Shown here piece after piece: positions 61,324 to 64,000 of a stretch of 64,000 bases of DNA (the first letter of the stretch is position 1; each line of letters begins with the position of its first letter). The notes under the pieces are model-generated. The model worked only from the letters and a program-made list of their open reading frames with translations. It had not been told where the DNA came from and did no database searches. The DNA is taken from NCBI RefSeq assembly GCF_032191835.1, contig NC_083237.1, positions 41,974,001 through 42,038,000 of the forward strand, in the 5' to 3' direction. Source of the stretch: Heteronotia binoei (lineage: Eukaryota). The position numbers were made by a program, and so were the translations under genes.

Positions 61324-61660
61324 TCAAGCAAAAACCTGGCAGAACATCTTTGCTTTACAGGCCCTGTGAAAATGTAAAAGATTCCACAAGGCCCTGGTGT
61401 CTTCTGGCAGAGTGTTCCACCAGGTCAGGGCCAGGACTGAAAAGGTCCTGGCCCTCATTGAGGACAGTGAGACCTCTTTAGGGCCAGAGATCACCAGCAG
61501 ATTTTGACCTGAAAAGCCAGGGACATAGTGGAGGAGATGGTCCTGTCGATATATCGGTCCCAGACCACTTAAAGCCTTAAAAGTCATAACCAAAACTTTG
61601 AATCTGACTCGGTACTTAACTGGAAGCCAGTGTTGCTGGAACAGCACAGGCAGAATATTT
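61324..61660 (-). mobile_element. Older L2 3' fragment
   Basis: HWLPVKYRVRFKVLVMTFKAL...WWNTLPED. Confidence 0.8.
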
Positions 61661-62724
61661 GCTGTCAATCAAGCTATACAACATTCCTGTTGGAGGCATC
61701 TGTAGCAAGTATTTGAGGCAAACATTAACAGTTTTGAAAAACCATCTTTATTAGCTTGTTTGGTGGTAAGAATGTGGCAGAATTTTGGGGTTCTGAGGAG
61801 ACATGCACATTCATATATAGGTACTTTTTAGAAATCCTATTGAATCTAGCAGAAGAAACTCCAGTTCTATCCCATAAAGCCTTGCAGCCTGTAAGTGAGC
61901 ACCAAGCAGGGTTTACATTCCTAAAGATGGTAGTGCCATCTCCAAGTCATAACACCTATAGATAAGAAAACAGCACTCTGCTATGTTTAAGGACCCCTTG
62001 GCCCAATAGATAACCCGAGGTCTCATGCTGTCATTATGGGTAAGGGTCTGTTTTGTGTCACGCCAAGAGGTGTGTTTCTTATGCATCTATCTTTGCAGCC
62101 ATTAAATGCAAAAGAGTATAAATATTGTTGATGTTAAAGAATTTGGGGCTGATGTGTTGATGCCCCTCAGAGCACCTCAACCTCCAGTCCAAAGGAGATC
62201 TCTTTTGTCTTAGCGGGTTGTTGTTTTTCTTTTCAGTATACACTGTGCTTTAGAGTTTCTTTGTTACTTTGGTTATAGAGAAATCAAATAGAACTTAGAG
62301 CAACATCTTGCCCATCAGGGCTCAGCACATGTCAGCACACATCCACCCACATACTCAATTTATCCCACAACAAAGACTTAACATAAAATAATTTTCATGT
62401 TTCTAGGTAATGCTTTGGCTCAATGGTAGAACAACTGAGTTGTATACAGATTCAATCGCTGGTATCTCTAATTAAAGAATCCCAGATTTTGGTAAAAAAA
62501 CCTTTTCCCTAGAGTGCCACTGATATAATAAACAGTTTGAGATTTAGAGACCAATGTGGGGATCATATGTTCAACTTCATCAGATTGACTGTTAACTAGA
62601 GCTTAGTTCAGACATCATGGAAAATTACTTCTTTAACCTTTGCTTAGTTGGTGAAATAAAGATTCATCTCCAACAACACCACAATACCCAACAACACTCG
62701 TTATATCCATTACCAGAAATATAA

Positions 62725-62985
62725 CAGCGGGAGGAGGAGGAGAAGAAGAAGAATTGCACTTCACTTGGAGTCTCAGAGGAGCTTACAATCTCCTTCCCTT
62801 CCTCTCCCTCACAACAGACACCCTGTGAGGTAGGTGGGGCTGAGACAGCTTTGAAAACTGCTCTTGAGAGAACAACTTTGAGAGAACTGTGACTGATCCA
62901 AAGTCACTCAGCTGGCTGCATGTGGAGGAGTGGAGAAACAAACCTGGTCCTCCAGATTAGAGTCCATCACTCTTAGCCACTACAC
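62725..62985 (-). mobile_element. tRNA-derived SINE (Squam3-like)
   Basis: Body shared with the 34.8-kb copy (cacaacagacaccctgtgaggtaggtggggctgaga); tRNA-like head. Confidence 0.75.
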
Positions 62986-63486
62986 CAAAAGAAATTCTTT
63001 GTAGTTTAGGCAAGACCTTAAATCCCAGCATGATGAATTCTATTACTGTTGTTTTTTTCCTCTGCTGTCTTCTTGACGTGTTTCATATGATTCAGTGTTG
63101 TACCCCAGATGTATACATCTGTACAGTATACATTCATTATCCAGATCTAACATGAATTAAACTACACTGATAAAGAGGGATTAATGCAAGAAAACATCAG
63201 AAAGTGTAGTTGTGTCTGTTTAATAAGATATAGATGGGGTTATCTGTTCTAAGGAAGTTGTGGATAGCCAAGGGTCTGCCTTGCCAAGAGTATGACCTCT
63301 TTTCTGTGGTTGAGCTACGGGCAATTAAAGCTCCCTCCAGGATTTTCAGTCACTGCTTTCAATATAAATGCTTTATCATAAAACTACCAACCACACTTTC
63401 ACAATGTAAATTACAAACCACAAATTTCTCCTTCCCAAATGCTACTGTTAACTCAACTGGCCTCATGGTTTCCAGCCTGTTATTCA

Positions 63487-64000
63487 CTAGCAAGTCATTG
63501 TGCACTGTTGGAGACTATGAATTCTTCTGTAGGAAAACAGTTTGTTCAATGCCTTTCTAACAACCTCTTTAAATTCTCTGTTTCTCAGTGTATATATAAA
63601 TGGATTGATCATAGGGGTCAGGATTGTGTAGAAAACAGAGAAGACTTTGTTCAGATCTTTCATTGCCTTTGGCTTGGGTAATACATATACGATGATGAGG
63701 CTTCCATAGAAAATTGAGACCACAATAAGATGAGAGGAACAAGTAGAAAAGGCTTTGCCCCTGCCACTGTTGGAAGGCATTCTCAAAATGGTAGTGATGA
63801 TGCATACATATGAGGCCAGTGTGAATAGCATTGGTGGTACTGAACATGCAGAGCCCAAGACGGTCATCAGCATTTCTGTCTGCCAAGTGTCACTGCATGA
63901 GAGCATTAACAATGGTGCATAGTCACAAAAGAAATGGTCAATTTCATTGGGGCCACAGTAGTTCAGCTGGGAAGGAAAGACTGTAGTAAACACACTAGCC
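63487..64000 (-). CDS. Olfactory receptor, 3' half (5' part lies beyond the window); more divergent subfamily
   Basis: YCGPNEIDHFFCD, LSCSDT, KAFSTCSSHL, PMINPFIYTLRN. Confidence 0.88.
   Translation of the reverse strand, partial: ASVFTTVFPSQLNYCGPNEIDHFFCDYAPLLMLSCSDTWQTEMLMTVLGSACSVPPMLFTLASYVCIITTILRMPSNSGRGKAFSTCSSHLIVVSIFYGSLIIVYVLPKPKAMKDLNKVFSVFYTILTPMINPFIYTLRNREFKEVVRKALNKLFSYRRIHSLQQCTMTC

Overview
Vertebrate genomic DNA, almost certainly a squamate reptile and possibly a gecko (inferred from young L2 LINEs, Squam/Sauria-type SINEs and a SCAN-gag Gmr1 Gypsy element). The window is a minus-strand cluster of class II olfactory receptor (OR) genes: two intact (1354-2334, 51244-52230), two pseudogenes (7249-8193, 44995-45976) and one running off the right edge. 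It is heavily invaded by nested transposable elements, and there is one assembly gap (14551-14956). The main finding is a young 6.8-kb non-autonomous ERV-like LTR element at 23892-30667. It has two 786-bp LTRs differing at 10 positions, a CCAG target-site duplication (TSD), a tRNA-Gly primer-binding site (PBS) and a polypurine tract (PPT). It has no recognisable pol or env. Instead it carries an intact, C-terminally truncated captured TOB2-like (BTG/Tob deadenylation cofactor) ORF, followed by a second ORF with a gammaretroviral-type CCHC zinc knuckle behind a strong splice acceptor. This element sits inside a LINE with a twin-priming-type 5' inversion and a 22-bp TSD. Other notable items: a Gmr1-like Gypsy (integrase upstream of RT, SCAN-like gag) holding two solo LTRs; a candidate non-autonomous Polinton/Maverick derivative; a Ngaro/Gypsy/MITE nest; and a six-fold repeated OR upstream module with a fixed-spacing TCCCTTGA-N9-TAAT motif plus splice donor, two copies of which have no OR coding exon downstream.
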